This document shows, in pieces, positions 1 through 9,095 of a stretch of DNA of 37,083 bases. The DNA is from an uncultured virus (IMG/VR IMGVR_UViG_3300017991_000074). Its lineage: Duplodnaviria; Heunggongvirae; Uroviricota; Caudoviricetes. Made by a program: the position numbers and the translations under genes. The notes beneath the pieces are model-generated. The model was not told the origin of the DNA. It searched no databases and saw only the letters and a list, made by a program, of their open reading frames with translations. The DNA lies in IMG/VR virus record IMGVR_UViG_3300017991_000074. One strand, 5' to 3'. Each line of letters opens with the position of its first letter. Position 1 is the first letter of the stretch.

Positions 1-2
1 CC

Positions 3-320
3 ATGCTCGAGGTGATTGCCCGTGGGGCGAACAAGGGGAAGACGGAGCGGTGCATTGAGTTGGCAGCGGAACATGACGCCTACATCGTGTGCCCTATGCG
101 TGTGGATGCGTTGAGAATCGTCCGGATGGCGGAGGCCATGGGGCTGAACATTCGATTTCCGCTTACGGTGTATGAGTTCTGGAGTGGGCAATACTGCGGA
201 AAGAACATTCGAGGATTCATCTTCGATGACGTCGATCGGATCTTGGCCGCGGTGTCAAAGACGGTTCCGATTCTCGGTGTGTCAATAACTCTGGAGGAGC
301 CAGGGTGCCTATCGAGCTGA
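3..320 (+). CDS. Small P-loop-like protein (truncated NTPase-type domain)
   Basis: 105 aa; ARGANKGKT (Walker A-like) and FIFDD (Walker B-like); overlaps the next gene. The start is at the window edge, so it may extend upstream. Confidence 0.55.
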   Translation: MLEVIARGANKGKTERCIELAAEHDAYIVCPMRVDALRIVRMAEAMGLNIRFPLTVYEFWSGQYCGKNIRGFIFDDVDRILAAVSKTVPILGVSITLEEPGCLSS

Positions 321-913
321 CGCGGGAGCATCTGACCTACCTCAACATCGGACGACGATACTGGACGGCCGAGCTATCCCAGGCCTCCGAGCAACAGAAA
401 GAAGCTCTTCGCGGCTACGTCATCAGATTCAAGAAGGCGATCCGGGCAGGCGTTGGGCTGTACCTGTTCGGCTCCAACGGTTCGGGCAAGACGTTCCTCT
501 CCTCAGCTCTCCTCAAGGAGGCGTGGAGGCGCTGGGGGATAGCGGGCTACTGTGTCACCGCTGCGGAGCTCAAGGCGGCGTTTGCTCGACCCACGGAGGC
601 TCACGCTGGCTCTGAGGAGTTGATGGTGGAGAGGGCTGAGGCAAGTCGACTCTTTGTCATCGATGATTTGGGGAAGGAGTATCGGGCCACGAGCGGCTTT
701 GCTGAGGTGTCTTTTGGTGCGCTTCTTCGGCATCGGAGTCGGGAGGAGCTCGCCACGATCATCACGACGAATATGGGGCCGAAGGAGTTTGCTGAGGTCT
801 ACGGTGCGTCGACAGCGAAACTGCTCAAGGAGTGCATGCTTCCAGTGAAACTGGGAGGGCGAGATCATCGAGACGATGCTGCGGATGAACTGCGGCGACT
901 GATAAAGGAGTGA
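305..913 (+). CDS. DnaC/IstB-like AAA+ ATPase (putative helicase loader)
   Basis: GSNGSGKT Walker A, VIDDLGKE Walker B and TIITTN sensor, the typical DnaC/IstB pattern; GTG start after a GGAGG Shine-Dalgarno (SD) sequence. Confidence 0.85.
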   Translation: MPIELTREHLTYLNIGRRYWTAELSQASEQQKEALRGYVIRFKKAIRAGVGLYLFGSNGSGKTFLSSALLKEAWRRWGIAGYCVTAAELKAAFARPTEAHAGSEELMVERAEASRLFVIDDLGKEYRATSGFAEVSFGALLRHRSREELATIITTNMGPKEFAEVYGASTAKLLKECMLPVKLGGRDHRDDAADELRRLIKE

Positions 914-916
914 GTC

Positions 917-1936
917 ATGGCTCTGAAGAGGATCGAGTTCAAGCGTTATGCCGGCCTCAAGATCAAGGGCACCATCAATGTTCTGGAGGACGATTTGGTG
1001 AGCCTGGTGGCACCGGCCATCGAGACGCGCCACATCCAGCGCGCCTTCATGGTGACCTTTCTCGTGGAGAGCGGGGGACTGTTCGGCGGGGTGATGAACT
1101 ACGACGGCACCGCGATGACGGCTGGTGCCTGCCAGAACATCTTGGTGTATCCGAGGGAGCTGGCTCACGAGGACTTCAACGCCGAGGATGATCAGGGGCC
1201 TCTGGGGAAGTTGTTGCGGCGACTCGAGGTGATCCCCGGTCTCTATGCCGCTTTTGATGATCTGTGGGATTTGGTCGAGAACGAGGGGTGGTATCTGTCC
1301 CAGGATGGGCAGCTTCGGTGGATCGATTCAGGGGAGCACAGCATCGGCAAGAAAGTTCTTCCCCACCTCGCTGGGAACGTGGTGCACGGTGCCGTGCTTC
1401 GAGACACGATCACGGGTCCTCGTGGAGTGCTGCCTGTTCATGGAGAGCGGAGGCGGCGTTCGTCAGAATGGATCAGGGCCTTCGCCAAGGTGTTTAGTCA
1501 TCCCGAGTCGTTTTTTGCTCAGGCGGAATACGAGATGGAGCACATTGTCAAGTTTGCTACTCGGCGAAAGCTTCGCGGAAGTTGGAATACGATTCAGGAT
1601 TTGGTTTACGGTGACACGCATGTTAGTCGCATCGAGGTTGGTGAGGCCGATTTGATGCTCGAGGTTGACCTGGCCATGTGCATGTTCTGGAGTAATTCGG
1701 TCAATGCGCCCGGGAAGGCGAAGCGTGTGATTGAGAAGTGCCTGCCTTGTACGGATGGACTGACTTTTGCGAGGAAGCTGATTCGGGGTTTGGGCAACAC
1801 GAGCTTTGGTCGTTGGGATGACGACATCAAGAACGGGCGCTATCAGCGCACTCGACGCGCAATGAGGAGGCTCAAGCTCTGGCCAGAGAGTTTCTTCAAG
1901 CCGAAAGGCATCATGCCAGTGAATCTGCCCGGCTGA
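917..1936 (+). CDS. Hypothetical protein, possibly a lysozyme-like cell-wall hydrolase
   Basis: 339 aa with AAGGAG SD; the VESGG...NYDGTAMTAG..Q pattern recalls a lysozyme-superfamily catalytic Glu followed by a beta-hairpin. Function is inferred. Confidence 0.45.
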   Translation: MALKRIEFKRYAGLKIKGTINVLEDDLVSLVAPAIETRHIQRAFMVTFLVESGGLFGGVMNYDGTAMTAGACQNILVYPRELAHEDFNAEDDQGPLGKLLRRLEVIPGLYAAFDDLWDLVENEGWYLSQDGQLRWIDSGEHSIGKKVLPHLAGNVVHGAVLRDTITGPRGVLPVHGERRRRSSEWIRAFAKVFSHPESFFAQAEYEMEHIVKFATRRKLRGSWNTIQDLVYGDTHVSRIEVGEADLMLEVDLAMCMFWSNSVNAPGKAKRVIEKCLPCTDGLTFARKLIRGLGNTSFGRWDDDIKNGRYQRTRRAMRRLKLWPESFFKPKGIMPVNLPG

Positions 1937-1968
1937 TTCTCACATAGCACTAGATACAGGAGGAAGAC

Positions 1969-2313
1969 ATGGCACTGTGTTTCGAGCTTTCCATGCCGAG
2001 CAACAATGCGTGGAATGGGAAGTGGACTGGCGAGGGGACGTGTTTCGCCATCATCAAAAACCTCGGTCGAAGTAAGAAGGCCAAAGAGAAGATCGAGAAG
2101 CTGCTCAAGAAGGGGAGCTGGTACTACAGCTTCGGTGATGGTTGGGCGGCACAGGTCGATGTCCGGGAAATCTTCGGCGCCGAGATCACGGCGATGCGGG
2201 GGAAGTCGCAGGGCTTCTGCGGCTACAACTGGATGGTGGACTCCATCCTGGACTACGGCGAGATCCTCAACTCGGAGCAGCGGAAGGAGATGGCCAGTGC
2301 CGCGGCGACCTAG
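1969..2313 (+). CDS. Hypothetical phage protein
   Basis: Strong AGGAGG SD; 114 aa with an LSMP..NAWNGKWTGEG motif. Confidence 0.75.
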   Translation: MALCFELSMPSNNAWNGKWTGEGTCFAIIKNLGRSKKAKEKIEKLLKKGSWYYSFGDGWAAQVDVREIFGAEITAMRGKSQGFCGYNWMVDSILDYGEILNSEQRKEMASAAAT

Positions 2314-2662
2314 CTTCGATGCGGTGCTCGATCCTCATCGAGACAAGAAGAGTCTTCGTCAAGAGCTCCTCCCTCAGGACGCAAGGGATCTGTTGGCCTG
2401 GTGCTTTGCCGCGAAGATATCGGTCAACGATGAGGTTCCAGAGATCATTATGACCGCTGCCGAGGTGCGGCTTGATGATTCGGTCAAGAACATCTGCGAG
2501 GGAGGGGATGGATTTTTCCGCCATGGCGGTCTTGATGCTTGGCGCTATTTCAAGCATCGGCTTGATACGAACTGGGCGGTAGTGTTCGCCTGGGATTGTG
2601 ATGGAGACCCGGTCAGAGGTCTGTTCTTGGTCAAGGCCATGGGAGGTGGAGATGCTTCGTGA
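2297..2662 (+). CDS. Hypothetical protein
   Basis: 3' part of ORF 2006..2662; GTG at 2297 preceded by AAGGAG; fills the gap between neighbouring genes. Confidence 0.6.
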   Translation: MPRRPSFDAVLDPHRDKKSLRQELLPQDARDLLAWCFAAKISVNDEVPEIIMTAAEVRLDDSVKNICEGGDGFFRHGGLDAWRYFKHRLDTNWAVVFAWDCDGDPVRGLFLVKAMGGGDAS

Positions 2663-2996
2663 CGAGCTCGAGCGATCGGTGTGGGCCTCGGTCTATGCGA
2701 AGATGTGTGATGTGACCGGCTGCTATTCTCGAGCAATGGATTGGGCGCGAGAGCAGAAGCTGCCTGAGGGAGGGCACAGGCATGATCTTGTCAATGAGCG
2801 ATGGCGGTATGAGGAGATGGCGATTACCTCGCAGGCCTGTAAGATGGCAGATGCGGCGATTCTTCGTCTTCGGCGCCACGCGATCTTGAACCAGGAAGTT
2901 CTTGGGACTCCGCACATCATTCTTGCCCAGCAGTATCTGACCGATGAGGGAGAGCTGGACTGGGACGTAGAGCTCGAGGAGGAGAGTGATGAGTAA
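2652..2996 (+). CDS. Hypothetical protein
   Basis: ATG at 2652 after GGAGG; overlaps both neighbours; acidic C-terminus. Confidence 0.65.
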   Translation: MLRDELERSVWASVYAKMCDVTGCYSRAMDWAREQKLPEGGHRHDLVNERWRYEEMAITSQACKMADAAILRLRRHAILNQEVLGTPHIILAQQYLTDEGELDWDVELEEESDE

Positions 2997-3294
2997 GTCT
3001 GTGGCGGAGGACGTGAAGAGGATGGAACACGCGCTGGAGATTCTTCGGCAGCAGGTATCCAGCTTGGAGTCGCAGATCGCCAAACTGAATGGGACGCGGG
3101 CAGAGGTGTACCATCTCCACAGGCATATGTCGGCCATTCAACGCGTGAAGGCTGCGATGGATCTGGGCATTTTGCTTGAGGAAGATTTGAATTTGCGTCC
3201 GGAATTTGGGCGCATGCTTTTTGCTCGAGCCAAGACCCAGGGGTGCTATGACGAGCTCGCGGCAATCATTGAGAAGCACGCGAGGATCGGATGA
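2989..3294 (+). CDS. Hypothetical coiled-coil protein
   Basis: GGAGGAG SD; heptad-like LEILRQQVSSLESQIAKL; ATGA overlap with the methyltransferase. Confidence 0.65.
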   Translation: MSKSVAEDVKRMEHALEILRQQVSSLESQIAKLNGTRAEVYHLHRHMSAIQRVKAAMDLGILLEEDLNLRPEFGRMLFARAKTQGCYDELAAIIEKHARIG

Positions 3295-5006
3295 GGGAAT
3301 TCACGGCACTGTTTCCTTTCGGTGGGCTGGGAGCCGGAGCTCGAGGTTTCCTTGACGCGGAGATAACGATTCTCGGAGAGAGGTCTCGATTTCGATCTCT
3401 TGGGGGAATCGACATTGACGCGGAGGCTTGCCGAGACTTCGAGAGGCTGACCGGGACTCCTTCGCTTCAGGCAGACATCGCTACCTTGACGGCCGGGGAG
3501 CTCAGGGCCTTTGTTGGACCGGAGGTTCCGGACGTGATCTTCACGAGCCCGCCGTGTAAAGGATTCAGCGGGCTTCTGCCGAAGAAGGTGGCGCGTAAGG
3601 AGAAGTATCAGAAGCTGAATCGATTGGTTATTCAGTGGCTTGATTTGGTCCTGGCCGCCTGGAAAGAGCGACCTCGGCTGATCATCATGGAGAACGTGCC
3701 GAGGATCACCAGTCGAGGGAAGGGGCTTTTGGATCGAGTGAAGAGGCTTCTTCGGAAAGAGGGCTACGTCTTCGATGAGAGGACCCATGACTGCGGAGAG
3801 CTCGGTGGTCTAGCTCAGCACCGCGTCAGGTATCTTCTCGTTGCGAGACTCCCTCGAAGATGTCCTCCGCTTCTCTACCAGCCGCCGCACCGAAGAGTGA
3901 AGGGCTGCGGCGAGCTACTCGGACAGCTTCCTCTCCCAGAACATGAGAGTGCCGGTTCGATGCATCAGCTACCGAAGATCAGCTGGCTCAATTGGGTTCG
4001 TTTGGCTTTGATTCCCGCTGGTGGAGACTGGCGGGATTTGCCGGGCGTGGTGAAGGATGGAGAGGAGCGGAGGGCGGTTCACAAGCGTCATGAGGTGGCG
4101 TGTTGGGAGAAGCCTACTGGGACGATTGCTGGGGTGGGATCGAACGGGGTGGGAGCTGTCGCAGATCCTCGGTTGAAGGTGGGGACCTACAAGGGGAAGT
4201 ATGGCGTTGGGGATTGGGAGAAGCCTTCGAGGACGGTGATCGGTGGAGCCAGTAACGGTGCGGCCTACATTGCCGATCCTCGGCCACAGGGCAATTGGCG
4301 CAAGGGCACTCTCGGTGTTGTTCCTTGGGACGAGGCGAGCGGTACCATTATTGGCGAGACGAAGATGGGGAAGGGGAAGTGTTCGGTTGCCGATCCTCGG
4401 CCAGCATCTCTGGATGAGAAGACGAGTTTTCGGAACACGTATCGGGTGCTTGGCTGGGAGGATTCGGCGACAACGGTTATCGGTGCGACGAGACCGGGAT
4501 CGGGGTCCTTGAGTATCAGTGATCCGCGATTGGATCAGCCGGCGTATGCCCATGCGTATCGAGTGCTTCGGTGGGAAGAGGCGAGTTTCACTGTTGCAGG
4601 GAAGTCGTCACCTGGATGTGGGGCCTATTCGGTGTCAGATGAACGGGTGAGAGGGGCTCCAAGGAAGCTCATCTTTGAGGAGTTGATTAGAGCGTGGGAC
4701 GGGAATCCCCGACGGCCACCACCATTTGTTCCAGTGATCATCGCTGACGATGGAACGTGGCATCGACCTATGACGACGCTGGAGCTTGCGATGCTGCAAG
4801 GGCTTCCGGTAGAGCTCCACGGCAAACCGTTGGAGCTCGTCGGATGGGCCTCGAGCCGGTGGAGGGAGAGGATCGGGAACGCGGTTCCGGTTCAGACCGC
4901 TGAGGCGATTGCGACGCAGATGTTGGTGGCGCTTTCCGAAGCAGCTGAAGGGGCGTTTTCTTTTGGGAGCACGCCGGTATGGGTGACTCCTGAGAGACGG
5001 CTTTAG
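3291..5006 (+). CDS. DNA (cytosine-5) methyltransferase with a repeat-expanded variable region
   Basis: Motif I-like FPFGGLGAG, motif IV SPPCKGFS (catalytic PC), motif VI ENV, motif VIII QHRVR and motif X IGNAV. Confidence 0.92.
   Translation: MREFTALFPFGGLGAGARGFLDAEITILGERSRFRSLGGIDIDAEACRDFERLTGTPSLQADIATLTAGELRAFVGPEVPDVIFTSPPCKGFSGLLPKKVARKEKYQKLNRLVIQWLDLVLAAWKERPRLIIMENVPRITSRGKGLLDRVKRLLRKEGYVFDERTHDCGELGGLAQHRVRYLLVARLPRRCPPLLYQPPHRRVKGCGELLGQLPLPEHESAGSMHQLPKISWLNWVRLALIPAGGDWRDLPGVVKDGEERRAVHKRHEVACWEKPTGTIAGVGSNGVGAVADPRLKVGTYKGKYGVGDWEKPSRTVIGGASNGAAYIADPRPQGNWRKGTLGVVPWDEASGTIIGETKMGKGKCSVADPRPASLDEKTSFRNTYRVLGWEDSATTVIGATRPGSGSLSISDPRLDQPAYAHAYRVLRWEEASFTVAGKSSPGCGAYSVSDERVRGAPRKLIFEELIRAWDGNPRRPPPFVPVIIADDGTWHRPMTTLELAMLQGLPVELHGKPLELVGWASSRWRERIGNAVPVQTAEAIATQMLVALSEAAEGAFSFGSTPVWVTPERRL
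4095..4646 (+). repeat. Five ~37-43 aa repeats (V..W...S.TI.G.....G...[AS]DPR) inside the methyltransferase
   Basis: DPR/DER codons at 4164, 4275, 4392, 4521 and 4638; exact 17-nt repeat TTGCCGATCCTCGGCCA at 4270 and 4387. Confidence 0.85.
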
Positions 5007-5009
5007 CAG

Positions 5010-5708
5010 ATGACTCGACTCAAGGAAACTACGGTTGCGGCCTCAGTGGTCAGCTTCTTGGAGGAGAGGGGTTGGGAGGTATTTCAGGAGGTTCAACTCG
5101 GTAATAGTGTTGCAGACATTGTTGCGGTACAGAACAAGAGATACTGGATTATCGAGGTCAAGACCTCATTGAGTTTAGACCTACTTGCGCAGGGCCATAA
5201 CTGGTTGGGACAGGCGCATTGGGTTTCGATAGCTGCGCCCGAAAAACGAAGTTCTCGTAAGACGACTCGGTTTGTTCGAGATCGGCTTCGGGATTGGGGC
5301 TTGGGATTGTTGGAGGTCAGTACCTCTGGGCGTTGGTCTGAGGAGTCGGACGGAGTTGCTCGATGCAAGGAGGTAATTTCTGCGCGATTGATTCGGAAGA
5401 AGTGGAGATACTTGCTTAGGGATCTTCAACGACTTCGAGTTACGTTGCAGGATGAACACAAGACGTTTGCTCTGGCGGGAACAGCTTCAGGAAAACGATG
5501 GACGACTTGGAAGCATACATTGAGAAGTGTTCGAGAAGCCGTGGTGGAGACTCCAGGAGTTACGCTCAAAGCGTTGATTGAAGAGACCCACGGTTTCCAC
5601 TACGCCAATAACGCTAGTGCGCGATCCTCTTTGGCGCATTGGTTGAAGATGGATCGCGTTCCCGGAGTCCAGATGCGGGATGGCCGGCTCTATCCGGAGA
5701 AACTATGA
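5010..5708 (+). CDS. PD-(D/E)XK nuclease-like protein (MmcB-like)
   Basis: E...ADIVAV....WIIEVKTS catalytic pattern. Confidence 0.7.
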   Translation: MTRLKETTVAASVVSFLEERGWEVFQEVQLGNSVADIVAVQNKRYWIIEVKTSLSLDLLAQGHNWLGQAHWVSIAAPEKRSSRKTTRFVRDRLRDWGLGLLEVSTSGRWSEESDGVARCKEVISARLIRKKWRYLLRDLQRLRVTLQDEHKTFALAGTASGKRWTTWKHTLRSVREAVVETPGVTLKALIEETHGFHYANNASARSSLAHWLKMDRVPGVQMRDGRLYPEKL

Positions 5709-5914
5709 GACGAACTATGAGAGTGTATCCGATTGGGTGTACGTCCGCATATTGCGGGAAGATTTATTGCGGCGGTTGTAGGAGAGCGTCGATTCTGAAT
5801 GAGTTCAAGGATTGGGTGCGGAGAACTGGAGCTCGAGTCACGGACGAAATTTGGAATCCTTTGGTGTACACCATTCCGGAGAAGCAAGATGGCACAGACC
5901 TTTCCGAAGCGTAG
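5705..5914 (+). CDS. Small Cys-rich hypothetical protein
   Basis: ATGA overlap with the previous stop; C-x4-C-x4-C-x2-C. Confidence 0.55.
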   Translation: MRRTMRVYPIGCTSAYCGKIYCGGCRRASILNEFKDWVRRTGARVTDEIWNPLVYTIPEKQDGTDLSEA

Positions 5915-6509
5915 AGTAGTGCTCTACATCGCAAGCCTTCCCTTCGATCTACTGGTGTGGACCTGGGTCCTTCTAGTTCGAGTGCTGTGGGGCACGAAGC
6001 TTTGGTGGACGGAGGGGGCGTTGTGGACTGAGCTTCGGCCAGAGTCTTGGCCCTCGAGAACCTGGTATCGGTACAGGCCAGGCGGGAAGCCGCAGAAGAA
6101 TCCTGAGAACAAGGTGAAGACTCATGGGGTGTGGAGGACCTGGGGAGGAACGACCCTGGGTCATGGTGGATGGTACGGGCCAGGAGTGACCGGCGGCGAG
6201 GAGAAGGACACCAAGGTAGAGTTCCACGAGCATATTCATGTGGAGCAGTACGAGGTGTTCTCCTTGATGGGATTCATGATTGCCATCTTGGTCTCGAGCG
6301 TTTTGCTTGCGCACGAGCTCTGGATGCTTGGAGGCGTACTGGGTGGAGTCTTGTGGTTCTTGGGAGGCGGCGCGGGATTCTTGAGCGGGTGGCTCACGGC
6401 TCTTCTTCGTGGAGAGGAAGCCTATCGAGGAAGTGTGCATGAGAAACACGCTGTCGCCCAGGCGCAGGACCTGGTGATGGACTACATGAAACAGCAGCGA
6501 GGAGAGTAG
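5889..6509 (+). CDS. Membrane protein with an HEXXH motif (putative metallopeptidase)
   Basis: Three hydrophobic segments; FHEHIHVEQ plus a downstream Glu (VHEKHA). Confidence 0.55.
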   Translation: MAQTFPKRRVVLYIASLPFDLLVWTWVLLVRVLWGTKLWWTEGALWTELRPESWPSRTWYRYRPGGKPQKNPENKVKTHGVWRTWGGTTLGHGGWYGPGVTGGEEKDTKVEFHEHIHVEQYEVFSLMGFMIAILVSSVLLAHELWMLGGVLGGVLWFLGGGAGFLSGWLTALLRGEEAYRGSVHEKHAVAQAQDLVMDYMKQQRGE

Positions 6510-6510
6510 G

Positions 6511-7431
6511 ATGAACCGGCAGGAGATACAGGAGCATGCATTGGACATCGCCTCGGAGTATGGAGGCAACCTGACGATTCGGCAGCTGTACTACCAGTTC
6601 GTGGCTCGAGGGCTTCTCGGGTCCGGGCAGTCGGTGTATCAGCGTGTTGTCGGGGCGATTTCCGATGCAAGGCTTCGGGGTAACTTCCCCTTCGAGTGGA
6701 TCGTGGACAGGACTCGGACTGTGCACAAGAGCGATCAATTCGAGAACAGCGTTGAGGTCGGCGCTGCTTTGGACCAGGCTTCGGGGTGGATTCGGAGCAT
6801 GCCGGAGTGGGCGCTGAATCGGGCTCGGTGGTACGGTCAGCCTCGGTACGTGGTGGTGGGGGTTGAGAAGGAGGCGCTGGCCGGCGTATTCGAGGAACCG
6901 TGCAACGAGCTCGGTGTCGGCCTCTTTGTGTTCCGGGGCTACAGTAGTCTTTCGGCTCTCTATCAGCTGGCGAAGCATTTGGACCAGGCGGCAGCTGTGG
7001 AGAGTACTGAGGAAGTGGTGATCCTTTACTTCGGAGATTATGACCCGGATGGATGGGAGATTCCGAGATCCGCTGCTCGGAAGCTGGAGTCGATCTCTTT
7101 CGTGGCAGGGTTCAAACGACTGCCGGTTCGATGGGAGCGAGTGGCGCTGAACATTGGGCAGATAGCGGACTATCAGCCACCGCCGTTCGAGGCGAAGATC
7201 ACGAGCTCTCGGTACCAGTCCTATGTGGATGAGCAGGGGACGACGAGTGCGTGGGAGCTTGATGCGCTTCCGCCAGATGTTCTTCAGATGCTCATCCGAA
7301 AGAAGGTCGGGGCGGAATGGCAGGAAGACATCTCTGAGGAGAACCGGCGATTGGTCGGAGAGGTTCGGGAGGAGATGAAGGATAAGATGCGTGAAGATGG
7401 ATGGTTGGAGTCCTGCATCTCGGAGGATTGA
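6511..7431 (+). CDS. Topoisomerase VI subunit A/Spo11-like protein (winged helix + TOPRIM)
   Basis: LTIRQLYY winged-helix motif, VGVEKEAL acidic residue and YFGDYDPDG DxD TOPRIM motif. Confidence 0.75.
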   Translation: MNRQEIQEHALDIASEYGGNLTIRQLYYQFVARGLLGSGQSVYQRVVGAISDARLRGNFPFEWIVDRTRTVHKSDQFENSVEVGAALDQASGWIRSMPEWALNRARWYGQPRYVVVGVEKEALAGVFEEPCNELGVGLFVFRGYSSLSALYQLAKHLDQAAAVESTEEVVILYFGDYDPDGWEIPRSAARKLESISFVAGFKRLPVRWERVALNIGQIADYQPPPFEAKITSSRYQSYVDEQGTTSAWELDALPPDVLQMLIRKKVGAEWQEDISEENRRLVGEVREEMKDKMREDGWLESCISED

Positions 7432-7811
7432 TGCGACGAGGAGAGTTGACGAATGCGCCGGCGCCAGTGCTCGCTGTGGATTGGCGAGTGCTGGTGGATG
7501 CGAGGCCGGCGTGGGGAGGTTTGTCGCGGCGCTACGAGCTACGTGATGGTGCGAGGGGGTGGTTGGAGAGGAACTGGAAGGTTCGAGTCTGCGTGCTGGT
7601 GGATGGTGGAGAGACTCAGTTCAAGGAGGTCAAGAAGATACTGAGGGACCTGGTTGCGGAGTTTGCTTCGATTCCGATCCCGCAGGAATTTAGGATCTGG
7701 ATGCGGCGTACCCCACACATCTTTCGGCTCTACACGAATGATCGAGCTCTGCTTGGGTTGGACGATACTGTTCGGTTGTTTCCCGGGTGGCACGAAGTGG
7801 TAGTGGTATGA
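7431..7811 (+). CDS. Hypothetical protein
   Basis: TGATG coupling and GGAGG SD; lies directly upstream of the helicase. Confidence 0.65.
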   Translation: MRRGELTNAPAPVLAVDWRVLVDARPAWGGLSRRYELRDGARGWLERNWKVRVCVLVDGGETQFKEVKKILRDLVAEFASIPIPQEFRIWMRRTPHIFRLYTNDRALLGLDDTVRLFPGWHEVVVV

Positions 7812-7814
7812 GAC

Positions 7815-9074
7815 ATGGACTACGAAGAAGCATTGATTGCGAAGATCGTTCTCGAGAAGAGTATCCGAGAGGTCTCCGAGCACAATCTTCAGAGTGAGCT
7901 CTTTCTTCAGTGCAAGAAGGAGTGGGAGTATGTCGTCGACTTCTACCGGAAGCACGGCGAGTCCCCTCCCCTAGACCATTTCGAGAAGCTCTTTCCGGAT
8001 TTTGATTTGACGCCGAGCGACGCTCCTATGAGCTTCCTCATAGAGGAGCTACGCAATCGGCTCATGTATAACCTGGCTACGGCGGCCATGAAGGAGGCGA
8101 CGGAACATCTCAAGCAGAAGGATTCGGGGAAGGCTGTCGATGTTTTCAGGAGCATGGTTCTGAAGGCGGAGCTTCAGACTCGACCCTCGAAGGATGTTGA
8201 CTTGGTGGAGAATCCGTTGGACCGGCTCAAGGAGTATGACGAGCGTGTGGAGAAGGGAGGATTGCTTGGACTACCTTCGCCCTGGCCAATTCTTGACGAT
8301 GTGACGCTGGGGTTTATGGCCGAAGAGCTCTGGATGATTGTTGCCAGGGGAGGCGTGGGTAAGAGTTGGTGCGAGGTAGTTGGGTCTCGGTTTCATTGGA
8401 CCATGGGCATTCGATCCTTGCTTGTCACAAAGGAGATGGCGGTTCGGCAGATTATTCAGAGGTTTGATGCCGCGCATGCAAGGATTGCGCATAAACGGCT
8501 TCGTTCAGGCGAGCTGACAACTGACGAATATGAACGGTATCGGGAGACGCTTGAGCAGATGGAGGAGTCTCGGGTTCCGTTTTTGGTGTCTGGTGATGAC
8601 GAGGGCACGGGCGGCGTGAGCGGTATCCTAGCGAAGATTGATCGCTATCGGCCTGGAGTTGTATGGATTGACGGTCTGTATTTGATCGAGGATGAGCGAA
8701 GAGGAAAGGGGGAGGCCGGGTGGGAGAAGTTGAAGAACGTTACCGGTGATCTGAAGGCGGTAGCTCGACAACGGGGGATACCGATCATTGTTTCCCACCA
8801 GTTCAGCAAGGAGGGTCGCGAGGACCAGGGGAGTGCGGATACTCTGGCGTATGGAGATATTCAGAAGTGGTTCGACGGCATTCTTGGGATGTATCAGTCG
8901 GAAGATTTACGCCTCAATCGGGAGATGATGTTCAAGCTGCTGAAGCATCGTGAGGGGGAGCGGTGTGAGTTTGTGGCGAACTGGGATCTCGAGAACATGC
9001 TCTTCGAGGAAAAGGGAGCGGCTCTGGATGATGTTGGAGTAGATGCCGGAGAGGACGATACGATACCGTTCTGA
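7815..9074 (+). CDS. dnaB: Replicative DnaB-like (SF4) helicase
   Basis: ARGGVGKS Walker A, TKEM, WIDGLYLI Walker B, LKAVAR...IPIIVSHQ and KHREG motifs. Confidence 0.9.
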   Translation: MDYEEALIAKIVLEKSIREVSEHNLQSELFLQCKKEWEYVVDFYRKHGESPPLDHFEKLFPDFDLTPSDAPMSFLIEELRNRLMYNLATAAMKEATEHLKQKDSGKAVDVFRSMVLKAELQTRPSKDVDLVENPLDRLKEYDERVEKGGLLGLPSPWPILDDVTLGFMAEELWMIVARGGVGKSWCEVVGSRFHWTMGIRSLLVTKEMAVRQIIQRFDAAHARIAHKRLRSGELTTDEYERYRETLEQMEESRVPFLVSGDDEGTGGVSGILAKIDRYRPGVVWIDGLYLIEDERRGKGEAGWEKLKNVTGDLKAVARQRGIPIIVSHQFSKEGREDQGSADTLAYGDIQKWFDGILGMYQSEDLRLNREMMFKLLKHREGERCEFVANWDLENMLFEEKGAALDDVGVDAGEDDTIPF

Positions 9075-9095
9075 TGATCTGGGGAGGAGACTACC

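Noticed and set aside
305..913. IS21 element (istB)
   Set aside because: No istA transposase or terminal repeats; the replication context favours a helicase loader.
6511..7431. Wadjet defence system
   Set aside because: No jetABC/SMC genes nearby.
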